This document shows positions 37,641-49,429 of a stretch of DNA of 64,000 nucleotides, piece by piece; the stretch's first letter is position 1, and the number at the start of each line of letters is the position of its first letter. The position numbers and the translations under genes are program-made. The stretch comes from Neoconidiobolus thromboides FSU 785. Its lineage: Eukaryota; Fungi; Entomophthoromycota. The stretch spans positions 33,933 through 97,932 of the forward strand of contig MU626327.1 in NCBI GenBank assembly GCA_025603075.1, in the 5' to 3' direction. The notes beneath the pieces were generated by a model. The model saw only the letters and a list, made by a program, of their open reading frames with translations, was not told where the DNA came from and searched no databases.

Positions 37641-37853
37641 TTATCTGATGCTGTGGATAAAATTATCTGATGATTTTAGAATTCAATCCTATCAGATGGT
37701 TTAAGCCATGAAATTATCTGATTAGTTTGAGTTTCTAAATTAAGACTCAACTATTGGCAGTATTCTTTACTAATCACAATTAAAGTTGTTTATCTAATTA
37801 AAATGCTCAAATGTTTTATCTTCATCTTTTATTGATTGATATCAATCTGATAA
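37641..37853 (-). promoter_or_regulatory. Cluster of five ATCWGATAR (SreA/Fep1-type GATA) sites upstream of the GATA gene
   Basis: TTATCTGAT at 37641, 37663 and 37714; CTATCAGAT at 37689; ATCTGATAA at 37845. Confidence 0.65.
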
Positions 37854-40256
37854 TTAGCCTTATAAAAATAATTTTGATTTATTTCATCTGAGTCATACAA
37901 AATAATGATTGGATTATTATTTTAAGTTTATTAAAAGCAATTTTTTGACCAAAATAATTTATAAGATAACAGCCATTAGCTAAAAGCTATGGTTAGATTC
38001 TTTTATCCGATTGTAGCATTAGTGATACAAATAGTTTAAGATACTAATTATCATATTTTACTATTTTAATTAAACAAGGTTTAGTAGTAAAATGAACAAT
38101 TATAAACAATTATAGACAATTAGTTTTTGATTTTGGTTATATAAAACAAGTGAATTTTAATTGACTATATAAAAAAGAATTTACCCTTAATGCAATAACA
38201 TTATCCATGCTGTTCAGTTTTAATAAATTATAGGGTACTTTTGTATTTCTTCAACATGTTTCTATATTCTTGCTTTAGCTCCATACAATTTCAAGTTCAT
38301 TTAAGCGATTGTTAGCTGCCTAATCAACTGATTAAAAATTAAAGCTTACAAGAATAAAGCAAGAATAAAATAACACCTATTTTAACTATTCTAAAAGAAA
38401 TCTGATAATTCAATTACAAATCAGTAATAAAATTTTATAAATACTCATGTATAAGTTATTTATTTGATTATTACCTTTAATAAAATACAAATTATTTAAA
38501 TGAATGTCTTTTTTAATTAACTCTATACAATATAATCCATGGCCCAAAAGCCTATATATTAGACTTGTAAGGCATTCATTAATTTGTATTGAGTAATTGG
38601 GATTAGGTTAGTTACTCTAATCTATAAATTAGCCTAGTAGTTAATATATACTATAAAGCAATAAAAAGAAAATATAATTAGTATATATAATAATAAAATT
38701 AAAGGAGGATACTGCACTTTATAATAGTTCGGATTACTTGGGATAAATATAAAATAGCTTTCAAAAAGATTGAATATTTCTTACAATACATAAATTGTAA
38801 AATATATATACGTTTTACTAAAAATGTATGAACAATTCTTTTAATAATCTCTTGTTTAGTTTTTAAAAGAATACTCTTAAAAAACAATCCTACCATTTAA
38901 ACAATCTAATCTGACAAGACATGTTGCAATCAAAATACTCTTAATTTATAGTCAAATTAAACCGTTTAGTTTCTGATTGTATAGATAGAAAGTGCTATAA
39001 AGCAGGATAAAACAATCGATTGTACGGGAGCGTTATTTTTTGTTGATTATTTATCCACCTTTAACATAGGTAAAAACTCAAAAAAATAAGCAGACTCTTA
39101 AACGGTCAAGAAGTATAGTTGAGTAGGACAGTTTTTCAAAAACCTTTTCATCAAGAACTTATTTCTTATGCCATAAAAGCGTTAATAATAAATTTATATA
39201 ATATGAAAAATAAAAATCTTGATAAAATACAATTTTTGGTGCTCCTAAGTGATATTTACTAAAGCATTTCAAATCAAGAACTGTTTGGAATTTTACTTTC
39301 AAAAGTTAAGTTTAGCTGTTTTTTTAATCAAATTGATACTTTTTTGGTTGTGACTCATTTTGTCCAAAAATTACTACAAAAAGCCACCTTATTTAATGGT
39401 GCATCCATACACAAAACCAAATAACATACATACACAATTACTAAATCGAAAATCAAAAAATGTTTGCTTTAGAAGTTAAATTTATATTATCTAAGCTTAT
39501 GCTTTATCATATTAAATGTCAAATAAAGAGTGATTAAGCTTATAGCTATGTATTTCTATTAATTTATTCCTAATTATTGCTGGTATACAAGGTAACCAAT
39601 ACAAATATATATAAGATGTATGAGTTTTATATCTTAACCACTTTAATAAGATTTATAACAATACATCTAAACAATACTTTCGTGGCAAAATTGAATAAGA
39701 AATAAGAGGGATGATTAATTAATAAAGTATTGTCACAAACTCATTGAAATGTTGAACTCTTTTAATTTGATGGATATATAATTAAACAAATTTAAACTTT
39801 ACCTTGCATATATATTTATAAAGCATAAGCTTGTTTTATGTTTATATTAATCTTAAGAAAGTGCGTATACTCCTTTTTCCGTTGTCTTTTCTAACAAGTA
39901 TTGTATTTTATGTGCATAATAAATACAGCCTAATCTAGTACAAACTATTTTGTACTTTAACACCCAAACTACACTTTACTCAGTGATGCTGACAAAAAAG
40001 AAAAGTTGGTTCTTAATTCCATCACCAAATATATTAATATACTTAAATTAACACTGCAGTATGAAAACCATTCCATAATGTTATTTTGTTAAACTTGCTA
40101 ACGTGCGTAAATAACCCAAAATAATCCTTTTGTTAGAAACATTTAATGTTAAAGTCTTTTCAAATAGTCATCCCTAAGGTGATGTTTATTAAATCAAAAT
40201 ATCATTCAAGATTTGCTCAAAAGTAATTCAAACTATTAATAACTAGGCTAATATTT

Positions 40257-40357
40257 GGGGGTGTTTTTTTTCTGGCTTCATTACTTTTTCCATCTTTTAA
40301 GCGCTATTTGAGTGGAAAAAATATCAGCAAAATTCTTAAACACAAAAATACATCCCC
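40257..40357 (-). mobile_element. Sola-like MITE copy
   Basis: GGGGGTGT..ACATCCCC; TSD ATTT/ATTT. Confidence 0.88.
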
Positions 40358-40819
40358 ATTTATTGATAGATTTAATATTAATATTTTCATTTAACTGAAA
40401 TAAATTGACTTATGGGCCTTGGGCTAAAATAGTTAGCCAAAATAGGAAATAATTTATATTACATTAATAAATTCAACTAATAAATGATAAATAAAGAACC
40501 ACTCAGTAATACATAAAACTGATACTAAGTTTTAAGAATCTAGATGCCTTTGAAAACCTTGCATTGCATCTTCTGTATACCAGTAAAAGTATGATTCATA
40601 TATTAGAGATGATTTTCTTTTGATTATTATATTACAATATAACTCCTCTACTATAATTTTAAGCTGAATAGACATAAAATCAAGTATTGATCCTACACTA
40701 GGAAATGTAATCAATTCGTAACTATTGCACGAACGCTTGTTAATAAAAAATATGAAAAAGCCTACTTGTTCTAAACGAGATAAGTTTTCGTAGAAGTTTT
40801 TATTTATTAGTCAAAAAAA

Positions 40820-41701
40820 TTAATCAATATTACATAAAGTTTTGAGTTGAGTGAAGATAAGGGGATGATTGAACAAGACAAATAAAGAATTTGATAGGGA
40901 AGCTGTAACAATTAAAAGGACTTTGAAATAACCCAAAACTATAGCTGAAGAATAAGTGGTTGGTTCATTAGCTGTATAATAACCATCTATGATAAATATA
41001 ATGGCTGCAGGAAATACAGTTATGGTATGGATAAAAATAATACTCCAAAGTCTAAATGAGGTATTGGTTTGATTGAATAAAGTAGCTCTTTTGTTAAGCT
41101 GAGAATCGAACGTTGCGAAATGATTAAAATCCCTACTTCCTCTAGTGATATACAAAATTTTAATGTAACAATAATTAATTAATATAGCACCAATAATTAA
41201 ACAGAAAGGCAAGCAATAAAAAGCAAAAGTTGATAGACTAGAAATATTAGGATAAGCATGAGCTAAAAATCCATAAGGAGATAGTCTAATTTCCGTTTTT
41301 ACCGCAAGGGTGATATAAGAAGAAGTATAAATCAAAAAGCAAGCAATTGGGATTAATATTAAATATTTTGGATGTTTTATATTCAAAGTGACGGTTAATC
41401 TTACAATAGCTAACGAAGAAGATAATATAGTAGTTAGAAAAGGCCAAATCATTTCTAATGTTCCGAGGATCTGCACCGCTATTAAGTTATTATCTGGATC
41501 ATCTTTATTAACCAAATACATTATTGAATAAATAATAAGCACAAGTAGTGGTAACATATCAGCTATACATAACAATATAATGTAGATAATATCTCGGCTT
41601 CGATTTTTAATTCTAGTAACTAAATATAAAATTAAGGCCCCACTTAATCCCAGCAGTATAGCAAAAATACTAGCTATAATTTTATCGACTTTAATATACA
41701 T
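40820..41701 (-). CDS. Intronless 7TM protein resembling family A (rhodopsin-like) GPCRs
   Basis: About seven hydrophobic segments; LCIAD (TM2 LAxAD-like), SLAIVR (TM3 DRY position) and SNSLFVL (TM7 NPxxY position). Confidence 0.65.
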   Translation of the reverse strand: MYIKVDKIIASIFAILLGLSGALILYLVTRIKNRSRDIIYIILLCIADMLPLLVLIIYSIMYLVNKDDPDNNLIAVQILGTLEMIWPFLTTILSSSLAIVRLTVTLNIKHPKYLILIPIACFLIYTSSYITLAVKTEIRLSPYGFLAHAYPNISSLSTFAFYCLPFCLIIGAILINYCYIKILYITRGSRDFNHFATFDSQLNKRATLFNQTNTSFRLWSIIFIHTITVFPAAIIFIIDGYYTANEPTTYSSAIVLGYFKVLLIVTASLSNSLFVLFNHPLIFTQLKTLCNID

Positions 41702-43128
41702 CCCTCAATCCCTGTTTATCAAGACAATTTAAAAAAGTAAAAAAACAAAAAAACCGATTGTTGAAAAGTTTAGTTATAGTATGTATTTATTTTATACCAT
41801 GTTCCTTTTTTATTTTACTAAATCCTGGTAACATTAAATAAATTATTTGTTCTTTCTTTATTTGTAGAATAATTTGAATTTCCACTTGTTTTAGTAATTG
41901 TAATTAATAGCTGTTTTATAGCTTGTTCTTATCAATGTGAAAGTTTAGCTGATTTTATAAAAGAGTTTAAATATCAAATATTTATTTAAGATAGAATTGA
42001 TGCTTATATTTATACTGGTTTATAAGTATAACTTGATTACCAAACATACGTAAACTAGATATATCATTTTACATCAACTCAATATGGTCACTAAAATTGA
42101 TTGTGTTTAATTATATTATTCTTAGAATTACTAAAAGTTAATTTGTTGAGTTAATTTATTGTTTTCCTATTTCTATTTTAAGAATGTTTAAATAAAATTG
42201 AGTTGACTACTATAATATTAGGTCAAAAATATAGCAAATTTGATCTTTGGGAAATGTTAAAAGTCAAAATCCTTTATAATTATTTTTTTGTTTTTTGTTT
42301 TTATTCCAGGAAAGCTTTTATAAATAAACTCAACTAAGTATTAATATATAGTACTTTGATTATAATTCCTAAATTAATGTTCCTTTTAAATTATGTAGAC
42401 ATTTGAATCTAACACGTTTATAACAAATTCTTAAAGCAATGAATATTATCAAATTATTATACCAATATTTGGCTTTTTATGTAATTTATAGCAAAGTTAA
42501 ATAGTATTATAAAAATAGCATGCCCCATCTTTTTAATTCCGATAAAATAATCACGTTTCCCCAATAATCATCTATGCGACTTTACCAAGTACGACATACA
42601 ATTAAACTTTGAAGGTACAAGTAACTGAATGTTTAAAGAGTATCTAAATAGTAATAATATAGCTATTTAGATTAAAAATACTTACCAAAAATTTAAATTG
42701 GCCAATGAAAACGCTTAGGATTGAGATAACTATTGTTAGTTAATTTTGAAGTTTGAATCAGTTTGTTTTTAAAATCTAGATCTTATGTAAGTTTTTCGTT
42801 TTTACAAAAATATAATTTCAAAATAAAAAACATTCTGTTTCATTTATATTTCATTCATTTTAATATTATTTTTATTAAATTGTACGTTTTATAAAAAAAC
42901 ATATAGTTTTTTAATAAAAATCTAAAATTTTAAACTTAATTATGTTAATTGTTAGCTAGTCTATAATTTTATGAAATCCAGTATTTAATAGAATTAAAAG
43001 TTTTTTTAGCTTAATTAGCTGGCTATAAGCTAATAAGCCATAGTTTGTATAATTAAAATAGATTTGAAATATAAATAACAATATTCAATAAGCTATAAAC
43101 TATATAAAACAAATAAAATAAAAGATAT

Positions 43129-43208
43129 GGGGATGTATTTTTTTGCTTGACGGTTTTACTAACAATTTTTCTGCTCGAATAGCGCTTAAAAAATCAAAAA
43201 ACATCCTC
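43129..43208 (+). mobile_element. Sola-like MITE copy with an internal deletion
   Basis: Flanks ATAT/GTAT. Confidence 0.8.
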
Positions 43209-43474
43209 GTATGTTTCTAGCTATACTTAACTTTAGATTTGAAAATTATATAATTTTTTTAGTAGATATATTGGATATTATTCAAGTTTTGAAATTTCGG
43301 CTTAATTAAGACTAGGAATTAACTATATTATTTTGTGCAAAGCTCTACTTTTAAAAATTGTTATTATTTAGAAGCTTTATTATCTAACTTATTAAAAATG
43401 ATACTAAATTGGAGCATCATTTTTAAAAAAAGGAAGTATATATATTATTTGTGAATTTAGAAACTAATTAATTC

Positions 43475-43547
43475 GCCTGATTAGCTCAGTCGGTAGAGCA
43501 TGAGACTTTTAATCTCAGGGTCATGGGTTCGAGCCCCATATCAGGCT
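43475..43547 (+). tRNA. tRNA-Lys (TTT), intronless
   Basis: Acceptor stem GCCTGAT/ATCAGGC, D arm AGCTCAGTCGGTAGAGC, anticodon arm TGAGA-CTTTTAA-TCTCA, T loop GGTTCGAGCC; T-rich terminator follows. Confidence 0.96.
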
Positions 43548-43571
43548 TTCTTTTAACTTTAAACACAATAT

Positions 43572-43666
43572 GGGAGTGTTTTTTTGACTTCATTACTTTT
43601 TATATCTTTAAGCACTATTTGAGTGGAAAAATTATTAGTAAAATTCTTAAACAAACATATATCCCC
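43572..43666 (-). mobile_element. Sola-like MITE copy 24 bp downstream of tRNA-Lys
   Basis: TSD ATAT/ATAT. Confidence 0.88.
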
Positions 43667-43900
43667 ATATGATTATTTGACTTTATTTTTTATTAAAATT
43701 TTAGTATAAGAAAAGCACATTATATAAATATTATAACCCATTATATTAACTTCAGTAGCTATTTATAATAACCTAGAGGTTATGGAATTTTATAATAAAA
43801 TAGAATAAAAAAACATCATTAAAGTTTATTATTAATAAACTTAATCAAGCAATGTGTAAAATTAGTGCTTTAAAGGAAACAGGAAATAAAAACTAACAAG

Positions 43901-44360
43901 TGTGAAATATGATGGTTAGTGGTTGGATTCAAAATCAGTTCTTGCTTCATTGACTAGTGTAAGTCGAAAAGTCTTAGTTTATGTGACTAAGATAGACTTG
44001 GATTATAAAGAATACCACACAATAGGCTACAGACTATGTAAAGCAAATATAATAGACAATACTACTGTGAAATCTACGTAAAACACTATAATAAAAATTT
44101 AGTGGCTTTATTAAAGCCACCATATCAAGGAATAGTTCAATTAAAAAGCCTTGAGTTACTATGCACTGAAATATCTTTTATACTCCAACAAATATGAATA
44201 TCAAAACCGGAAGATAATATCCTTCGGAGTTACATGACAGATAATTCCCATAGTAAATCAAAATAAGAGCATGTGATTGACTGTCTCTGACTTTGAGAAC
44301 ACAACTTAAGTGATTGTTATGTTATAGTCAATCATAGAGCTGACAAAGCGATATTTCCCA
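43901..44360 (+). mobile_element. Solo-LTR-like repeat, copy 2 (460 bp)
   Basis: Starts TGTGAAATAT and ends ATATTTCCCA; homologous end to end with 27207-27668. Confidence 0.65.
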
Positions 44361-44789
44361 ATAATCTAATATTAACTATTCAAAATAATTAAATTTTTAA
44401 TATCTAAAAAATCAAATGTCAAGTTTTTTAAAGTAATATTTGATTTTATATTTACTTGTCTTTTAAATTATACTTATTTATAAATGTTAAAAAACTTTGT
44501 AAACTTTATAAAAAATAAATATATTATAAAATATTAGCCAGTTGATTTATTGACTAATTTTTACACTATGGAAACTACTTAAATTGCTTATAAAAACAAG
44601 GTATTATTAAAATTAAAATTAGAATTATATTATATTTATGTGTAATTAACTTACTATATTTATGTATAATTAACTTGTTGTATTTATATATAGTCAATTT
44701 ATTATTTTTATTTAAAACCATTATAAAAACTTTTAGTTCCTAATTACAAAAAACATTATGTTTTAAAGCTTATTTAAAAACCATAATAT

Positions 44790-44878
44790 GGGAATGTATT
44801 TTTTCGTTTAAGAATTTTACTAATGGTCTTTCCACTCAAATAGTGCTCGAAAAATAAAAAAAGTGAAGTCAAAAAACT
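44790..44878 (+). mobile_element. Sola-like MITE copy with an eroded right TIR
   Basis: TSD ATAT/ATAT. Confidence 0.8.
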
Positions 44879-45052
44879 ATATTTTTTATTTACTTGTGTA
44901 AAATAACTTAAGGAGAGCTATTTTATTACTCTAAGCAAAAGGTATTTTAATGGCAAAAAAATATAAAAAAACAAGTTATTCAGTACACTGCAAAGGCAAA
45001 AGTGAGAAATACCAAAAGGAATAAATAAACAAAAATCGATCAAATATTCCAT

Positions 45053-46651
45053 CTATTTTGTGTTTTTACCAATAAAGCGGATTAAAAGCCATTTTAATAA
45101 TGGGGAAATAGTTTCTGGTTCCTTTTTGAAGTACATCTAAAATAAAGTATAAGTTCCATATAAAAAATTATAAAAAAATCAATACCATAGTTATACCAGA
45201 TGCTATCATAAAAAGAAAAGATTCAAAATGAGGAATGTAGAAAATCCAGTCTTTTTTGTAAAGTATATGGTAAAAGGAATCCAAAGCTTTAGGTGTAGTA
45301 TATAGAGCCAATTCTGCTCTTCGGCTTGGCTTTTCAACTAATACGCTTGCTAATCCAGATATGATACCCGCAAAGTAATATATGTACTTGTTATCTTTTA
45401 TGTTATATTTAGTTTGTAAAGCATGTGCATTACATATCATAAATTGATATGTTGAAACTAATATAGCTAAAAATGCGCTTGAACGGATAGTTCCATAAAA
45501 GCATCTCTTTAATATCTCTGAAGGGCTAAAATTGTCATAAGAAAAAGTAGTAAAAACCGAAAATATAGTACCTTCTTTTAAAATTGTTAAAACGTAAAAA
45601 AATAGCAGGAAGAAATGTAAGGCCAGCATAAATGGGAGAAATCATCTTAAAAACCAAAATTAAACGATTTAACAAGGTATAATTACATGATGTAATGTTA
45701 GGATGATACGCTTTACAAGGCAATGTAATAGGACTATCGTCTAAATTCTTTAAAATATCTAAATTTTCTGCCGTTACATTCATTCCTTCAACCAAATCAG
45801 TTAAATGGTCAACGTCGATTTTTTGACCTCTTACAATTTTTCTATTAATTTGTAGTATTGAGTGAGGAATCAAAGCGTGTCTTATCATAAACTTGTAAAT
45901 AGAAGGATCTAAAGTCTCAAACTGCATTACGTAAGAATATAAAATTTGAGCAGTTGAAAATGTAAATAAGATCACATCACCATAAGGTATTCTTAATAAA
46001 TTTTTCGAATATAAACTGTGATATATGCTTTGAGCAGCCCTATATAATTACTTAGTTTATCATATTTAAGTTCCTGTTTCGTTACCTCATGCTCAATTGG
46101 TGCGAAAAACTTATTCTACGATCCTTCCTTTCCCATAAAACAAAAGCTCCAGATAGAAAGCCTATATTATGAAGTTATTACAAAACCAAATAAAATCAAT
46201 TATAATACCAGATAAAAAATTTGCATATTTCTTATCTTTTATATAAAAGGGAAGGACTCTAGATAAAGTATTCCAAGACAAAATAAAGTTCGAAAAGAAC
46301 AACCCAGAATTACGAATATCTTTATTGTATATATCTGATAATTTTAAACTACATATATTTTAACATTTATTAAGTTTAGTTCCACAAATGGAGTTTACCC
46401 TTTTCCTCTATTAGTTAAACTTTTCAATAGAATATTAAATGTTCCTCTTATCCCGACAATAATTAAAAATATTTCTTTTATTGTTAAAATATAAAAATAA
46501 AAATATATTAATTTATTATAGTATTAGCTTCGTTTATAGCGTTACTTATAGAATGAATCCCAGATTGCTTTATTATATTTAAAATATATTTCAGATCCAG
46601 TTTAATCTTGTCTTGTGGTTGTTCAATTTTATCTATGTTTTTATTCTCCAT
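45053..46651 (-). CDS. TMEM135: TMEM135 (Tim17-like peroxisomal membrane protein) family, paralog 1, multi-exon
   Basis: YSYVMQFETLDPSIYKFM, ISPIYAGLTFLP, RSSAFLAILVSTYQ, LVEKPSRRAELALYTTPKALDS and last exon MYFKKEPETISPLLKWLL. Confidence 0.85.
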
Positions 46652-46849
46652 TATTGTTTAAAAAGTAATAAATTTAATATATATATGTGTAGTTTATATA
46701 TTGAATTAAATAATAATTTTTCCATAATTTGAGCTGGATAAATTTATTCCAATATATCCTTTTATTTGCATATGGTGTGGGGTGAGTTGTTATACTTTTT
46801 GCTTTTATGCCGTTATTTCAATGTTATAGTCATAATTTACCATAAATTG

Positions 46850-47170
46850 TTCCTATAGATTATTGCCTTTAATGTCAATTTATAACAGGCATTTTAAAAT
46901 TTTTGCAACTTTAGATTCAACTAAAATTATTTCAATAATCCTCTTAAAACTCTATTTCATCTAGAAGGAAGAGAAAATAAAGGCTTTAAGGATTTTTTTC
47001 TACAAATCTAAAAGCATTTTATGAACTCACAAATGGTTCGAGAAGCTAATAGTAATATCATTTTCATATATAATAGTTGCTTCATTTGGTTTGTTTAGCT
47101 TATAGGTCTCCACAGCCACAGGCTTTTATAGTGATGTCTTGTTCCAGTATTTATCCATTTCTCAAGTAAA
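46850..47170 (+). pseudogene. Possible decayed 7TM-family gene fragment
   Basis: Broken frames give DYCL*CQFITGILKF and THKWFEKLIVISFSYIIVASFGLFSL*VSTATGFYSDVL, which resemble TM3 and TM4/ECL2. Weak evidence. Confidence 0.3.
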
Positions 47171-48254
47171 TTAAAATTCAAAAAGACCCTAGTTGAATTC
47201 TTGAACAAAAACATGTTCTTGTTTTAAAAAAAGCTGAATAGCTTTGACAAAGAACTGAAGAGGGTTCAACTTTTAATGACTTTAACATACAACTACTTCA
47301 ATTCTAATGTGACATTCTAGGCCATTCATTTATGGTAGAAAATATCACAAGTAACATACCAAAATTAAAGTAGTTATAAAATAAATGGGTTAATTTATAC
47401 CAAAGGTTCAATTTTTATTTCAATTTTTTGTAAATTAAAAATAAACTAAAAATAAATCACAAATTGCTTTTTCTCAGTTAAAACTAATCCTATATTTTAC
47501 ATTTAAATCTAAACTAAGCTAGAATACCCTTTTCTTAAAAATATTAGTAGGCTTTCAGAAGTTAATGATAAGTTATTTTACCTGCTTTTGACAAATTAAT
47601 ATAGACAAAAAGTAACTTTAAAGAGATGAAAGAGATAGTTGGTAAATTAATGCGAAATAATGACAGAACATTACAAATAATCAAAAACGTTTTTACAAAC
47701 TTCATAGATTATTCTAGTAAATGTTTTATTACATCAAAGCTCTTTATTTCGTATATTACTTCCAATAACGGATGCAGTTGTTTAATTAATAAAATAAAGT
47801 TTAAAAGTATTCCAGCTATATTAAAAACAAAATGTCTTCCGTTTACTAATAATTAGTCACAAATTCTTGAGAGTCCATCAATGGTTTTGTAAGAAGATGC
47901 ATCCTATTTATAGTTTAACCAGGTTCTAAAATTCATCTATATTATTTAAAATTGTTAGAAATGGATGACCATTAAACATATAACTTTTAAAGGAATGGTC
48001 TTAACTTCAAACAGCTAGTGTTAATTCAGCTCTATTTCAAATATATATACTGTGAGCAATTACGTGCCAATAGTAAAGAACTCAACTAATCATTTATAAA
48101 CTATTATTTAATTTAGATCAAGAGCTTTTAATAAAAAAATAAACATATGAAATAAAGTCTATATGGAAATTACAGATTAAAATAGGATGGTATTGTTGAA
48201 AATTACTGCAAATATTTATTTAACATAATTTCAGGACACGAAGAATCATCATTT

Positions 48255-49037
48255 CTATTCTTTCTTTTCTTCTTTAGGTTCTTCCTTAGTCTCTTCTTTG
48301 ACTTCCTCTTTCTTTTCTTCTTCGTCGTTTTCAGGTTTGTTTGAAGAAAGTTCTGAGTTAGCTTTTTGAGCAGCTTCAAATTCTTCCTTAAATTTATTGG
48401 CATCTAAGGTGACAGTAATTTAATAAAAATATTTAGTAGAGGCTAACAAAAATTACTTTCAGTATTAGCGAATCTAATGGCAAGAGTTTCAGGAGTTGGT
48501 TCATCCTCTGAGAAATCAGCTGCTACTTTGTATACCCATGAGCGATCTGAACCAACATTTGCTTTGAGTTCAATATCACTTGAAACTACAAAAGGTAAAA
48601 AAGTAATAAATGAATTTAAAAAAAATTTACTATAGTGGTTAGCGCATACTTTGTGGGTTTGTTCACGACGCATAACTAAACGAATTTTTCCAGAAGCTTT
48701 GTGTTTTAAAAATCTTACATCCCCAGTTCCACGTTCTTTCCATTCTCCTGAGGTAAAACGGAAAAGCTTAGAACGCCTAATAAATATGAGTAAACGATCT
48801 TTTATAAAGTATTGTTTTTACATTTTGAAAATAATTTCTTCATCTTCTTCAGCAGTTTTAACTTCTACTTCTTCTAATTTGACGATTGGCTCAAAATGTA
48901 CATCTGGGGAAGGCTCGACTTGGTCTTCGCCCTGAAGAAAAAATGAAATTAATACCTTTAATAGGAATTACAATTTTAGTAAGCTTTACTTCAGTTTCAG
49001 TGATATTTTTAGTAAGGTTATCGAGGCTGTTTGACAT
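48255..49037 (-). CDS. YRB1: Ran-binding protein 1 (RanBP1/Yrb1), multi-exon
   Basis: [69 protein letters not shown] and an acidic tail. Confidence 0.95.
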
Positions 49038-49429
49038 TTTAATTTAAAAAAGAGTAGATAAAAATAACATAAATTTACAATATTAATAATTTTATCCAAT
49101 CAAGGCCCAGTTTCTAGTTTTGGGACTCAAAATTTTACCAAATAACATTTAATTGGGTCTTGCTTTCATTGATTTTGCAAATAATAAACTAAATTTGGGT
49201 TACTTTTAAATTGCTTAGAATTTTAAAAAATATTAGGATTTAAAATTAGTATTAAATCGTCTTCAAATTATTTAATTTAATTTAGCTTAGTTGACTTTCA
49301 CTTCCTTGTGATTAAAACAATAAATGAAAACATTAAATAAAAACAATTTAAAAGCAAAAACGTTCTTTAGAAAATGAGTTTATTTCTATATTCCATGGTA
49401 TTAGCAGTTGTTCCAATAATCCCAAATGT

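Noticed and set aside
38520-39950. Scattered coding-like fragments (e.g. LCISINLFLIIAGIQGNQY; CNMSCQIRLF on the minus strand)
   Set aside because: Too degraded to assign.
47600-47900. 76-aa plus ORF and a longer minus frame with two stops
   Set aside because: Neither has a recognisable domain or convincing splice structure.
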